A stretch of 64,000 bases of DNA. Origin: Squalus acanthias (taxonomy: Eukaryota). A program made the translations under genes and the position numbers. The notes below the pieces were generated by a model, which saw nothing but the letters and a program-made list of their open reading frames with translations, was not told where the DNA came from and searched no databases. Within the stretch, counting starts at the first letter, position 1. Every line of letters starts with the position of its first letter. Shown here one piece after another: positions 36,763 through 49,838 of this stretch. The stretch lies in assembly GCA_030390025.1 (NCBI GenBank), contig CM059432.1, forward strand, positions 61,878,001 to 61,942,000, given 5' to 3'.

Positions 36763-37514
36763 GGCCAGGATTTTGCAATCGGCAGCGAAGGAACGGAGCT
36801 CGTGATTGACCTCAAAGTTGCCCACAAGTTTTAGCTGCCTCCAGAGCGCAGACTTCCTCTATTCCGACATCAGTTTGAACTTGGCGCCTCCAACATCAGT
36901 TTGAACGTGGCGCCTTCTACAGGGGATCTGTTGGGTCTTTGAACAGGGAAGGCGGGTTTATTAACCAATCAGATTGAAGAATTCTTGCAGATGGCAAAGC
37001 AGGAAGTAAAAAGCAGGGAATATAAACACATTTAAAGCATTGTACAGAAAGTGAAATAAAGATTGGTACGTACAGGATTAAGGGAGAAATTAAATATTAA
37101 AACACAAACTTTAAAATTAATTTTTTTTAATCTGCAGTTTTTAAATTTGAGGGAATGAGACTCCATACTTGTAAAATTTAGTTTTTCAGGGCCAGAGATT
37201 GTTCAGTAATTATGGCTTAGTGTGCTGTTTTAAAAACTCAATTACTACTGATTGAACAAGGCTTAACTTTTTCATCGGTCTTTACAGCGAGAATAGTGGG
37301 TAATTAGTTTAAGTTCAATGATTTCTACGTTGATTCCATCTGTGAAGACTGCAACAGCGCACCCTGTGGACGAGCAGGGTATCTCTGACAGCAACTTCTG
37401 GATTTCTGTGTTTAATTGCACATGCGTGAATGCAAGAAGTTGCTGTCAATTTTACCCAGTAATAACGGCAAGTGTTGATTGGCTCATCATTATTACTACC
37501 GCAAATTCTGAACC
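36763..37514 (+). mobile_element. Unclassified non-autonomous element with a subterminal hairpin (copy 2), possibly PIF/Harbinger-like
   Basis: Degenerate TIRs ggccaggattttgc / gcaaattctgaacc, flanked by AAT on both sides; internal 26-bp tandem duplication at 36867-36917. Confidence 0.6.
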
Positions 37515-38197
37515 AATGTATTTGCCTAATAGGAGAACTGTTTCCAGGTGGGGATTACCATTTATATGCAATCGAAGATAGTTTGAGCCGTAACACAGGA
37601 TGTTGGTTAGCAATGACCTCTTCCTACTATATTAGATGGAGGTGCTTGTGAATGTTTTTCACCAGAGTATCTTGATCAGTTTTATAGTTGGCTGCATTTC
37701 AGAAATGTGGGAAGGTTATTGTTTCTGCCTACAAGTCATTTGACGCTTTTAAGGATAGCTATATTTTCTTTGTTAATCTTGTGGTTTATCTTTCCTCTAA
37801 CTGATCCAAAAATAAATAACTTTTGTCATCTAACTCCTCACTGTTGAATATTGCAATGTCATATGGGCTGTTAATATTGCATGTGTAGCTTTAGTATAGT
37901 ATAGTCCTGCATCCACATTTAATCCAGTTATTTGAATCTTTACCATTAGTTGCTCACTTGTATTGTAATAATAAAGCAGATACTGAACTATATTTCAGGT
38001 CTCTAATAGTTAGCTGTACAATTAATATATGCATTTGCTGAAAATGTAATCTGAATAAGCTAGAATTCAATCCACATGCTCTGACTTTCATTTAGTGCCC
38101 TGAACAATGACACGTGTACCCAAATATTTGATTTTTTTTTTGTTTAAATAGATTATTTACACTGCCATATTGTAATAAATGTGTGTGTGTATATAAG

Positions 38198-38513
38198 AAC
38201 TCTGCATTCCTCCAATTCTGGTCTCTTGTGCATCCCCGACTTCCTTCGCTCCACCATTGGCAGTCGTACCTTCATCTGTCTAGGCCCTAAGCTCTGGAAT
38301 TCCCTCCCTAAACCTCTCTGCCTCACCACTCCTCTCTTCTCCTTTTAAGATGCTCCTTAAAATCTACTTCTTTGACCGAGCTTTTGGTCATCTGTCCTAA
38401 TTTTTCCTCTTTTGGCTCGGTGTCGATTTCTTTGTCTGATTACATTCACGTGAAGCGCCTTGGGGTGTTTTACTATGTTAAAGGTGCTTTCTAAATGCAA
38501 GTTGTTGCTGTTG
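38198..38513 (+). mobile_element. L2 LINE 3' end
   Basis: Matches 22645-22935. Confidence 0.85.
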
Positions 38514-39957
38514 TGTATATATGTGGTACAAAATTAAATTAGCAATTTCAGGCAAATGTATATGAATCAGTAACGCGGCAAAAATTGTTGAAAACTTTGA
38601 TGTGGTAATTAAGTGATTCATTTTATTGCAGTAATGGGGCGCATGGGGATGGATGTACTAAACAGTAGGTCTTTGTGTCTAAGCATTAGAGGGCTTGTTG
38701 TCATCAAAAATATGTTGGAGCCTTTGTATTTAAATAACCGTTCTGTGTCCCAGCAGTACCAATAGAGGCAGTGATTAGTTTTCTCTCGTTTTTGTGTTAT
38801 TTTGTATGAAGCCTTATACAAATAGCCAGAGCATTACATTAAGATTCACTGGTTTTCTTAATCCTGCAATAGGGTAAGTTATAATTTTCTATTAGCTAAA
38901 GCGTCATTAATGTGTTGCATTGTTATGGAAATTATGATATCAGTGGATGCCATTTTCTGTATTATGGCATTTATGTTGAAAAAACTTCTCGATACATTCC
39001 TACTGTGTTTCCCCCCCCAAAAAATCTTTTGGTTGTACTACATGTATTGATGTGGGTTGGTTTATGTGACTCACATATACCGACCTATATAGCCTCTAGA
39101 ACATGCTCCATTTTTATTGATTGTCCTGAGTTTCAGGGGGAAAATGTTTCTTGTTTCTTGTGTAAAATGTAACTGCCACAGAAGGTTCCAAATGAGAATA
39201 TTGTTAGGGATGGGATTCAAAAACTTACAGCTCTGAAGGAAGCAATGGTGGGAAGAGATATTTGTAAAAAAATAAATAAATGGACAAGCAAAACCTGAAC
39301 TAATGTCTAAATATAGGTACCAGAGGATCTATGTTTGCTCATTTCTGGAAGTTGCTTGACTCCAGTAGCTTGATAAGAAAGATAGCCAGGAGACCCAGCA
39401 CATTGAAGTAACAGCACAGCATGGTGGAATGTTCCACCTTGGAAGGGAAAACTGCTTTAAGAACACATACCTTCTGTTGAGGATTAAGGACTGTCATTGT
39501 TGAAGGACTAGTCAACAGGGCAGTCAAATCTGCTCAGTCAGTTTATGGAGATTGTTTATTGAGGAGTGGCTTTTGTCGAGATTAAGAGGAGAAAAATTCA
39601 GGATTTAGAAAGAAAATTAATTCTGCTTTTTTTGGAAAAGAATGTCCCCAGCAGAAAGGGTGTTTTAGTCCTCTTTGTACTTTAGAGTTTTCTTAAAACA
39701 CTACTGATACCTATAGACATGTTTTGATTGCAAAGCTTATAAAATTTGAACTTGAGTATTGTAGTGCATAACTGGATTCTGGGGTTCCCCCATTGGTTTA
39801 ACAAGTAGCTAAGTTGTGGAGTAGGAAGGATCCAGGTTCATTCCCTGTCTGCTGAGCTAGCTGACCTCGTTGGAGCAGCACTGCAATTGGCCTTAGCACG
39901 GGGTAGTGAAGGGAAAATTGAATAGGATTCTGAATGCTATCCAGCAATCCCTGTTTT

Positions 39958-40142
39958 GGCGGGGGGGTGTGCGCGGTGTGTGTGTGTTTTGAGGGGGGGC
40001 AGTGTGTGGTTTTTTTTGCAGGGGGGGGGCGCGGGTGTGTGTGCGTGCGTTGGGGGGGCGGGTGTGTGCGTGCGTGGGGGGTGGTGAGTGTGTGCATGGG
40101 AAGGTCGAGTGTGTGAGTTGGGGTGGGGGGGGGTTGAGTGTG
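39958..40142 (+). repeat. G-run / GT low-complexity tract
   Basis: Alternating long G runs and (GT)n. Confidence 0.85.
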
Positions 40143-42064
40143 AAATCTATCGGGGTAGATTAATGAAGTTATATTCCTGTTATATTGGAAATTATACTGC
40201 AAATATTTGTACGCACTTAACCTGGAGGGGGAGCGGCCTGATGGTGGTGTAGTTCCAGCACTAATTTGCAACACTAAATGGTGGGAAGATTGCAGGTTTA
40301 ACTCTAACCTTGCCGGGAGTTGATGCTGAGCAGCAATGATGTGATCCCCTTATGGGAGAGGATAAATTGGATGGGGATGTCCAGCATGGATAGTATCATG
40401 TACCCCCCAAATGACTAGCCAAAGTGGATTTTAGTAGAGATCTGGAAGCAGCTTGCCTGTCCTCTTGATGATAGGAACACAACTTCAGGCACATCAGTGT
40501 TAAAGAATATGGGATGAATTCCCAAATTAAGAATGCACTTGCAACACCCCACAATTAGAAGAAGCAGAACTTGGAAACTGCAGTACATGGTATAGAGAGG
40601 AGTTACAGAAACTATAATGAGGTAAGTTTGATATCGTTGCCTTAAGATTATGCTGACACATGAAACCACTGTCATTTACACAATTGGCTCTACTCCAATC
40701 AGAAGTGCTAATTTCAAATAGTTAATGAGTGATCTGACCCAGTATAACCAGTTTATGCAGGACTGAAAACTTGTTTTTGATTTATATTTTCTAAAATGTG
40801 GTTTTTGTGATGCTCTCCCAAGTTTTCTATGGGTAGATCTTTGGAGAAAGTCTGAATTTTGGAATATACTAGTCGATCTCCTGTGGCGTTCGGCTCAGGA
40901 TCATGACCAAAAATAGTCTTTGGGGGAAGTGGGATGGGAATAATTGGACCAGAGCAAGCAGACATAACTCAGTCCCCATTTTAAGTTTGCCTTATTTCTA
41001 TATAATACTTGGATTTTATATTGCTACTTACAGTTAAATAGCAACATTTACAGCGGTATGGGCAACAGAGCTGGTTGGAACATGGGAATTTCTCTGCCAT
41101 ACGGGCTGAGGAGCTGGGAGACACAAAACTTGAGGTACTATGGTGGCACCACTAGTGGGGGGTGGGAGGGGTGTAATTACATTATGGCAATTTACATCGG
41201 CAGTTGCCATTTATAAATACAGATGTAGGAATTTTCATGGGTAAAATTTGACACAAGTGTGCTAACAGGAAGTAAGATGTTCTAGACCAGAAGCGTGCAC
41301 GAACTTTTAATATTACAAATGTATGCATCTAAATTGAGTTTGCGAACATAAGAATTTTTAGAAACAGGAAATGTCACTGGCCGAGATGACGATGCCTTCT
41401 TGATCAACTCCGCCTTCTTGATCAACTCCACCTATTTCTCTTTTCACTATATCCCTCAATCAACCTATTCTTCCCTTTCAGAAATTTATGTAATTTCCTC
41501 TCATAGTGCAACTGTTACACCATCTTGCCTTTTAAAAATCTTACACACTTGGGTTGAAGTTATACGGTTGTTATCTTTACAACCTAATGCATGAGCTTTG
41601 TAAAGGAAGTTATAAAATCAAATGTGAAAATTCTCATGCAAATATCAGTTTAATCTGTTCTGACAAATCTGGTGTCTTGTCTTGCAATGTGGCATATTCT
41701 TATATTTTGACTGAAGTATTTACTGACAGTTGTTCCTGATAAAATATAAGCGCATTTCATGTTTATTTACTTCATTTCTCCTCAGGTATATGTGTGGCAG
41801 AGTTGATTTCCATTAAAAAGCTCATAAGATTGGTTAGTTTTTTTATTTGGCGTGGAATTAAATACAACTATTAGAAGGTAGTGAGTGATGGAAAAACAGT
41901 GAATATAATTTGATAGTAATAAGCCTTTATTATTGAAGACAACAAGAAAGATGCTAATGCTTTAAATTGAACCGAGGATGAATGATCCATTGTGCTCTCA
42001 GCATGAGCTTTTACGTGGCTGTAAATGATATTGTCTGAATGAAAACGTAGCTTTAAGGGAAGCA

Positions 42065-42355
42065 AACTCTAGGCGTGGGGGATTATACAACAGATGGAAG
42101 TGTGCCTGCATTTGCTTGTTTCACTTTTGATATATTGACGTGGCTATGCAAAATTCCTGCGTGGATTGTTGAGATCTGATGAGTTAGCTGGTTACTATGG
42201 TAAAATCCTGTCACATGATTAGGATACTGCCGAACGTCTCCAGATTTTTTTTCTCGTACGTTTGACGTCAGCACTGAGGTCAAGCCGAGCCCTGTTGTGA
42301 AGAAACGGGCTCACAGCCTACTCTTCAGCACGCAGTGAGAAATTTGTAGTCTGGG
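42065..42355 (+). promoter_or_regulatory. MAPRE2: MAPRE2 proximal promoter / 5' UTR
   Basis: GC box ggcgtgggg (~42072), TGACGTGG at 42136, X-box-like GTTACTATGGTAAA at 42191-42204, GTCACATGA at 42210, full CRE TGACGTCA at 42263-42270; immediately upstream of the ATG. Confidence 0.7.
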
Positions 42356-42486
42356 ATGGCTCCAATGCCTGGTCCCACACAACAAGCACTTTCCCCAAAT
42401 GGTGAGAATAATAACGACATCGTTCAGGACAATGGTACCATTATACCATTTCGGAAGCACACAGTGAGAGGGGAGCGTTCTTACAG
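42356..42486 (+). CDS. MAPRE2: First coding exon of microtubule end-binding protein EB2 (RP/EB family member 2)
   Basis: Translates MAPMPGPTQQALSPNGENNNDIVQDNGTIIPFRKHTVRGERSY(S), matching the EB2-specific N-terminus as I recall it from human (MPGPTQTLSPNGENNNDIIQDNNGTIIPFRKHTVRGERSYS); ends at a phase-2 donor AG|gtaatc. Confidence 0.96.
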
Positions 42487-44294
42487 GTAATCAGTGCTAT
42501 GTTTAGATATGGCTGGAGACTGCAGCAGAATGAGGAAATGCAATAGATTACATAATAAAACTGCATATGCCTAGATGTGTTTAATAGTTTTTTATTTGCA
42601 TTTGTTTGCCTTTTGAAATAAAATTTGCCTTGCTATTGTTGTACAGAATAATTGAAAATTAATAGTACTGAGAAACTCGTTTGTTTATGAATGCCCTTGT
42701 GCTTTTTCGCCTCTCTTCCTTCCTCCCCCTCCCTCTCGGGTTCTGCTAGTTCCCTTCTGTGCCGTTAATTCTGATAAGATGAAGTAATTATTTCTGAGAA
42801 GTGGGACTGTACCATTCCAGTTACTGAAGGAGAGACGAAGTAGATTTGTCTGAAATAAAATGTAGTTAGTAAACAGATGAACAGAGCAATCCCCAGTGAA
42901 TTTCAAAAAATGGATTCCTCAGGATTGAGCTGCAGTTGGTGGTATTATTAAGCAAACCAGATTGATGGAGCTTGTAAAATTCTGGGATCTGATTGGTGGA
43001 ATGCCTGACTGTCGAGGTCACCATGTCATGCATTCAGTGAGATTTCCTCTTGTAGCTGGCTTGTACAAAGAAGCTAGACCTCTGTAACCGTTGAGGAAAT
43101 CTGGGGAAATGAGCAGTAGATGTGAAATACATTCCAGATTTAGCTTGGAGAAATATTAAGACTGAGCCTTTAAGAAAGACAGATGTGAAACAGTGCAAAC
43201 AGAACTGGTGTGTGATGGTTTTTATTAATTTAGATATTCATGTGGGTGGAGGGAGCTTTTACTTTTGTTAATTTTGCTTTTTTAAATTCTGGTAGCTGGA
43301 TATAATTTTCTCTAAGCTTTCAGAAAAATTCTGTTTTGCTAAAGTATGCTATCGATATTATCAGTATTTGGGAATTTGTGTACAAGTATTGCATATTCTG
43401 CTGAAATGTATTTTTAAAAATCTGTTGCACGGTACTTGTCTAGCTTTATTCATTAATACAGATTATCTGCCAGAAGTTGGCTGGTTTATGGAAAGGGCCC
43501 CTTTTTTCTGGATATGCAGCTAGGCCTGTGGCTTCATTGTTTGCATGCACTGCTGACTTGATCTTAATTCAATTTTTTTATTTGATGCATTTAAGGCAGT
43601 AATCTTAATATTTAATCTTTGGGAAAATGTTGTTTTGATATGTACTATTAGCTTTTTAAAAAACAGTTAACTGCTTTTAATCACAGTATTGTAATGCCCC
43701 TTGTGAAATTGTTTCGCTTAGTTTTGTTCTTAAATATGCTAAAAGTATTTGAATTACAATTCTGTTGTGTAAAACTTGTTTTTAATCACATAACTAACAA
43801 ACTTTTATTAAAAAATTTCTTCTAAATATTCTCTCTTCATTGGCCCCCATCTTTTTGCCAGTTGAGATAACCATGTTGAATTTAGCATTAACTTATAACT
43901 ATTAAACTGATTTGAAATTATGCCAAAAATTAAGAACATTTTCAATGAAGAATGTTCCTTCCAGTTGCATCAATTTTTTTTTTTACTGCTTTGTGCAAAC
44001 TTTACATTACTGGTTAATTGCATGGTACTTTCTGTAGCCACACAGGCCATTTTCTAGGAATCCAGCCTAAATCACAGCTAGTTCCATTAAATATAATGGA
44101 AAATCTCAGTTATAGTTTTAATTATGTTGCTGCATATATCTCTTTAGTTATGAATTTTCTTGAATATTTATCTATTACCTGTTTGAGAAGGAAAGTTTTT
44201 ATAATGCATGTTGAATGTTCTTTTTGCATAATATTTTGATTTATGCTTCCTCTGGAAACAATTGGTAACAAAATTATCTCCAGTTGTATATGAT

Positions 44295-45247
44295 CATTAT
44301 GACTTGGATTTGGGTGTACAGGGCACAATTTCGAACTTTGCAGATGACACAAAACTTGGAAGTACAGTAAGGAGGATAGTGATAGACTTCAAGAGGACAT
44401 AGGCTGGTGGAATGGGCGGACACGTGGCAGATGAAATTTAATGTAGAAAAGTGCGAAGTGATACATTTTGGTAGGAAGAACGAGGAGCGGCAATATAAAC
44501 TAAAGGGTACAATTCTAAAGGGGGTGCATGAACAGAGAGACCTGGGGGTATATGTGCACAAATCGTTGAAGGTGGCAGGGCAGGTTGAGAAAGCAGTTAA
44601 AACAGCATATGGGATCCTGGGCTTCATAAATAGAGGCATAGAGTACAAAAGCAAGGAAGTTATGATGAACCTTTATAAAACACTGGTTCGGCCTCAACTG
44701 GAGTATTGTGTCCAATTCTGTGCACCGCACTTTAGGAAGGATGTGAAGGTCTTAGAGAGGATGCAGAAAAGATTTACGAGAATGGGTTCCAGGGATGAGG
44801 GATTTCAGTTACGTGGATAGACTAGAGAAGCTGGAGTTGTTCTCCTTGGAGCAGAGAAGGTTCAGAGGTAATTTGATAGAGGTGTTCAGAATCATGATTG
44901 GTCTCGACAGAGTAGATAGAGAGCAACTGTTCCCATTGGCGGTAGGGTCGAGAACCAGAGGGCACAGATATAAGGGGATTGGCAAAAGAACCAGAGGCAA
45001 CATGAGGAAAAACTTATTTGCGCAGCAAGTGGTTAGGATCTGGAATGCACGGCCTGAAAGGGTGGTGGAGGCAAATTCAATTGTGGCTTTCAAAAGGGAG
45101 TTGGATAAGTACCTGAAGGGAGAAATTTTTTTTTAGGGCTACGGGGAAAGGGCGGGGGGAGTGGGACTAGCCGAAGTGCTCTTGCAGAGAGCCGGCATGG
45201 GCTCGACGGGCCGAATGGCCGCCTTCTGTGCTGTAACCATTCTATGA
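44295..45247 (+). mobile_element. CR1 3' fragment
   Basis: FADDTKL and WQMKFNVEKC motifs plus the 3' UTR. Confidence 0.9.
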
Positions 45248-45789
45248 TAAAGAAAAATGCCTGGAAGGTTAATCCTTCCAGAGCTTTAAATCTATTATGT
45301 GCTTGAGACAAAGGGATCAAATTTATATATAAAAGTCAGCAAGATGATCTTCCAAGAAACATCACTGTTCCATAAACAGTATTTGATGGCATATAGGCAA
45401 CTTAAGATTGTGTGTGATACCATTTTATGTTGAATAGCACTTGATTATAAAATGAAAAATTCTTAAAGTTGCTGTATACTCCGTGTATACTGTCATTTTT
45501 TGTTACCAATTTTACCTCCCCTTCTCCTGAAGGCATTGACTTTGCTGGGGTTTGGTTTCATGAAGGCTGTCCAGTACCTGAAAGGAGTGATCGTCCTTCA
45601 TGTGCAAATCTGGACAGTGAGTGTTGAATCACTATTCAAACAATGGGGGAATTACAGCCGCCCCAGATGCTGCTCTTGCTTGACATCCACAAATGAAAAG
45701 TTTGCAGCAAGATCACTGGATATAAATCAGGAACTGGAACCTTGGCTGATTTTCCTGTAACAGGGTTTCTGAGGCCAATTATAACTCAA

Positions 45790-47460
45790 AGCATCCCAAT
45801 AATAATTGATGATCAAGGGACTATAGGGAGGGAGGAATTTAAAACTATCACGAGAGAAAAAGTACTAGGCAAACTAATGGGACTAAAGGCTGACAAGTCC
45901 CCTGGACCTGATGGCCTGCATCCTAGGGTCTTAAAAGAAGTGGCTGCAAAGATAGTGGATGCGTTGGTTGTAATCTACCAAAATTCCCTGGATTCTGGAG
46001 AGGTCCCTGCGGATTGGAAAACCGCAAATGTAACTCCTCTATTCAAGAAAGGAGGGAGACCGAAAGCAAGAAACTATAGGCCAGTTAGCCTAACATCTGT
46101 CATTGCGAAAATGCTGGAATCCATTATTAAGGAAGTAATAACAGGACATTTAGAAAATCATAATACAATCAAGCAGAGTCAACAAGGTTTTATGAAAGGG
46201 AAATCGTGTTTGACAAATTTATTAGAGTTCTTTTGAGGATATAATGAGCAGGGTGGATAAAGGGGAACCAATAGATGTAGTGTATTTGGATTTTCAGAAG
46301 GCATTCGATAAGGTGCCACATAAAAGGTTACTGAACAAGATAAGAGCTCACGGAGTTGGGGGTAATATATTAGCATGGATAGAGGATTGGCTAACTAACA
46401 GAAAAGAGAGTAGGGATAAATGGGTCTTTTTCAGGTTGGCAAACTGTAACTAATGGGATGCCACAGGGATCAGTGCTGGGGCCTCAACTATTTACAATCT
46501 ATTAATGACTTGGATGAAGGGACCGAGTGTACTGCAGCCAAATTTGTTGCTGATACAAAGATAGGTGGGAAAGCAAGTTGTGAGGAGGACACAGAGTCTG
46601 CAAAGGGATATAGAAGTGAGTGGGCAAAAATTTGGCAGATGGAGTATAATGTGGGAAAATGTGAGGTTATCCACTTTGGTAGGAAGAATAAAAAAGCAAA
46701 TTATTATTTAAATGGAGAGAGACTACAAAATGCTGCAGTACAGAGGGATCCGAGTGTCCTCGTACATGAAACACAAAGTTAGCATGCAGATACAGCAAGT
46801 AATTAGGAAGACAAATGGAATATTGGCCCTTATTGCAAGGGGGATGGAGTATAAAAGTAGAGAAGTCTTGCTACAACTGTACAGGGCGCTGGTGAGACCA
46901 CACCTGGAGTACTGTGTGCAGTTTTGGTCTACTTATTTAAGGAGGGATGTATTTGCATTGGAGGCAGATCAGAGAAGGTTCACTAGATTGATTCCTGAGA
47001 TGAAGGGGTTGCCTTAAGAAATGTTGAGCAGGTTGGGCCTATACTCATTGGAGTTTAGAAGAATGAGAGGTGATCTTATTGAAATATATAAGATTCTGAG
47101 GGGGCTTGACAAGGTAGATGCAGGGAGGATGTTACCCCTCGTGGGGGAATCTAGAACTCGGGGGCATAGTTTCAGAATAAGGGGTCGCCCATTTAAAACG
47201 GAGATGAGGAGGAATTCTTTCTTTGAGGGTTGTGAATCTTTGGAATTCTCTTCCCCAGAGAGCTGTGGAGGCTGGGTCATTGAATATATTTAAGTTGGCG
47301 ATAGACAGATATTTGAGCTACAGGGAAGATGAGGTTTATGGGGTGCGGGCGAGAAAGTGGAGTTGAGGCCAAGATCAGATCAGCCATGATCTTATTGAAT
47401 GGCGGAGCAGGCTTGAGGGGCCAAATGGCCTACTCCTGCTCCAATTTCTTATGTTCTTAT
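45790..47460 (+). mobile_element. 5'-truncated CR1 inserted in an older SINE-like repeat
   Basis: RT ORF pieces 45742-47293; ttcttatg tail. Confidence 0.9.
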
Positions 47461-49838
47461 CCCTACTGCAACCCGGTTGAGATCTGCTAACTGGGTAGAG
47501 AGTGCATGTGACATTCTGCTTTCTATATGGCTCTGCTATACAGTGCCTTTATTAGCTATTCTATTGGGAGACCTCGGGTTCATTTTACTATAGCCGAGAG
47601 GATGCATATTTCCTTGATGCCTTATTAACATGCCTAATTTAATCAGAGGTTTGAGGGAAGCACCTTTTTTTTTAGAAGAGGTACTTTTGGACAAATCTTC
47701 TGCCAACAAGTATTTATCTTGAAGTAAAGGTTTATGGTAAATCATTTTTACAGTGCTTGTCTTCAAGCAAATGCTTTATCATGTTCAGATTAGGAATGAT
47801 CCTGTTGCAGCGTGTTAAATAGTAGGGAATAGATTTTTATTGCAGTTCCCCCTTGCATTGAGTTTTGGATCTTAGCTGGGAGGTAAGGAGATGTAAAATT
47901 CTGAGCAGAAGTCAACCTAAGCTACTGGTGAATGATGATTGGGGAACCTTGGGCCCATGGCTACTTGTTCACTTTCTTGATCGGGGAATGATTTGTGGCA
48001 TAAGTAAATACTTATAAATCTTGTAACAAAAAAAAGGTGTGTTGAGGACTGTTTAGTATGAGTAAAGCATTGTCATTTTAATCTTCGCATGTTATTCTGG
48101 AGTTTCCATTGTCTTGACCTGATCTTTTGATTTTTGCACATGCTGTATCTGACAGTCCAGTCAAAAAAGTTAGAAAAAGCAAGTTATCTGTTCCTGATAG
48201 CCAAGACTCCAAGTGCATATGTTTGAGCAGTCTCACTTCCATTGGTAGTGGATGTATCAACAATATAAAATTGAATGTATATATCAAGGGCAGAGTGACT
48301 GAGCATTTAAACAAGTACATCAAGTTACATAGCGTCTACAGCATAGAAACAGGCCATTAAGCCCAACTGGTCTAAGCTGGTGTTTATGCTCCACACGAAC
48401 CTCCTCCCACCCCTCTTCATCTAACCCTATCAGCATATCCTTCTATTCCTTTCACTCTCGTGCTTATCCAGCTTCCCCCTTAAATGCATCAATGCTAGTT
48501 GCCTCAACTACTTGTGGTAGCACGTTCCACATTCTTACCACTCTGAGTATAGAAGTTTCTCCTGAATTCTCTATTGGATTTATTAGTGACTCTTATATTT
48601 ATGTCCTATTTTTGGACTCCCCCATAAGTGGAAATATTTTCTCAATGTCTACCCTATCAAACCCTTTCATTATCTTAAAGATCCCTATCGGGTCACCCCT
48701 CACCTTTTTTCTAGAGAAGAGAGCCCCAGCCCGTTCAAACTTTTCTAATAAGTACATCCTCTCAGTTCTAGTACCATCCTTGTGAATCCTTTTCACACTT
48801 TCCCCAATGCCTCTATATCCTTTTTATAATATGGAGTCCAGAACTGTGCACAGTACTGTAATTGTGGTCTAACCAAGGTTTTATACAAGTTTAACATAAC
48901 TTGCCTGCTTTTTAATTCTATCCCTCTAGAACTGAACCCCAGTGCTTGGTTTGCTTTTTTATGGCCTTATTAACCTGCATCACCACTTTTAGTGATTTGT
49001 GAATGTGTACCCCTGGATCCCTTTGCTCCTCTACCCCATTTAGGCTGTTATTATCTAAGTAGTTTGTGGCCACTTCTACCAAAATGTACCACCTCACACC
49101 TATATTGAAATTTATTTGCCAATTACATGCCTATTCTGCAAATTTATTAATGCCCTCTTGTATTTTGTCACATTCTTCCTTTTGTATTAACTACACCCTT
49201 CCAATTTGCTGTCATCTGCAATTTTTGAAGTTGTACTTCCAATTCCCGAGTCCAAATCGTTAATATAAATTATGAATAACAGTAATCCCAGCACCGATCC
49301 CTGTGGAACACCACCTCCCACCTTTTGCCAGTTTAAGTAGCTACCCTTAACCCCTACACTCTCTTCTGTTTTGTAGCCAGCTTGCTCTCCATTCTGCTAC
49401 TTGTCCCTGACACCACATGTTCTAACCTTAGTCATGAGTCTACTATGTGTTATCTTATCGAAGGCCTTTTGAAATCCAAGTACTGTATATTACATCTACT
49501 GCATTACTCTTGTCCATTCCTTCTATGAATCAGGTTGGTCAAGCATAACCTTCCCTTTTTGAAACCTGTGCTGACAACTCTTCATTATATTTTCAGTTTC
49601 TAGATAGTTTTTCAGTTACATCTTTGAGTAAAGATTCCATTATCTTTCCTACCACTGACATTAAGCTGACTGGTCTATAGTTTCCTGGATATATATATAT
49701 ATCCCTAACTTCTTTTAATATGTGTGGATGCAGTCCATCCAGACCAGGGGTTTTATCCTCTCGTTTAACTAGTTTATCAGTTCTCTTCTCCGCCCCCCAC
49801 CCCACTTTTTCTACCTTAAATATCTTTATCATTTTTGT

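Noticed and set aside
41394..41429. 18-bp tandem duplication (also a 26-bp one at 36867-36917)
   Set aside because: Two adjacent copies without spacers; ordinary slippage, not a CRISPR-like array.
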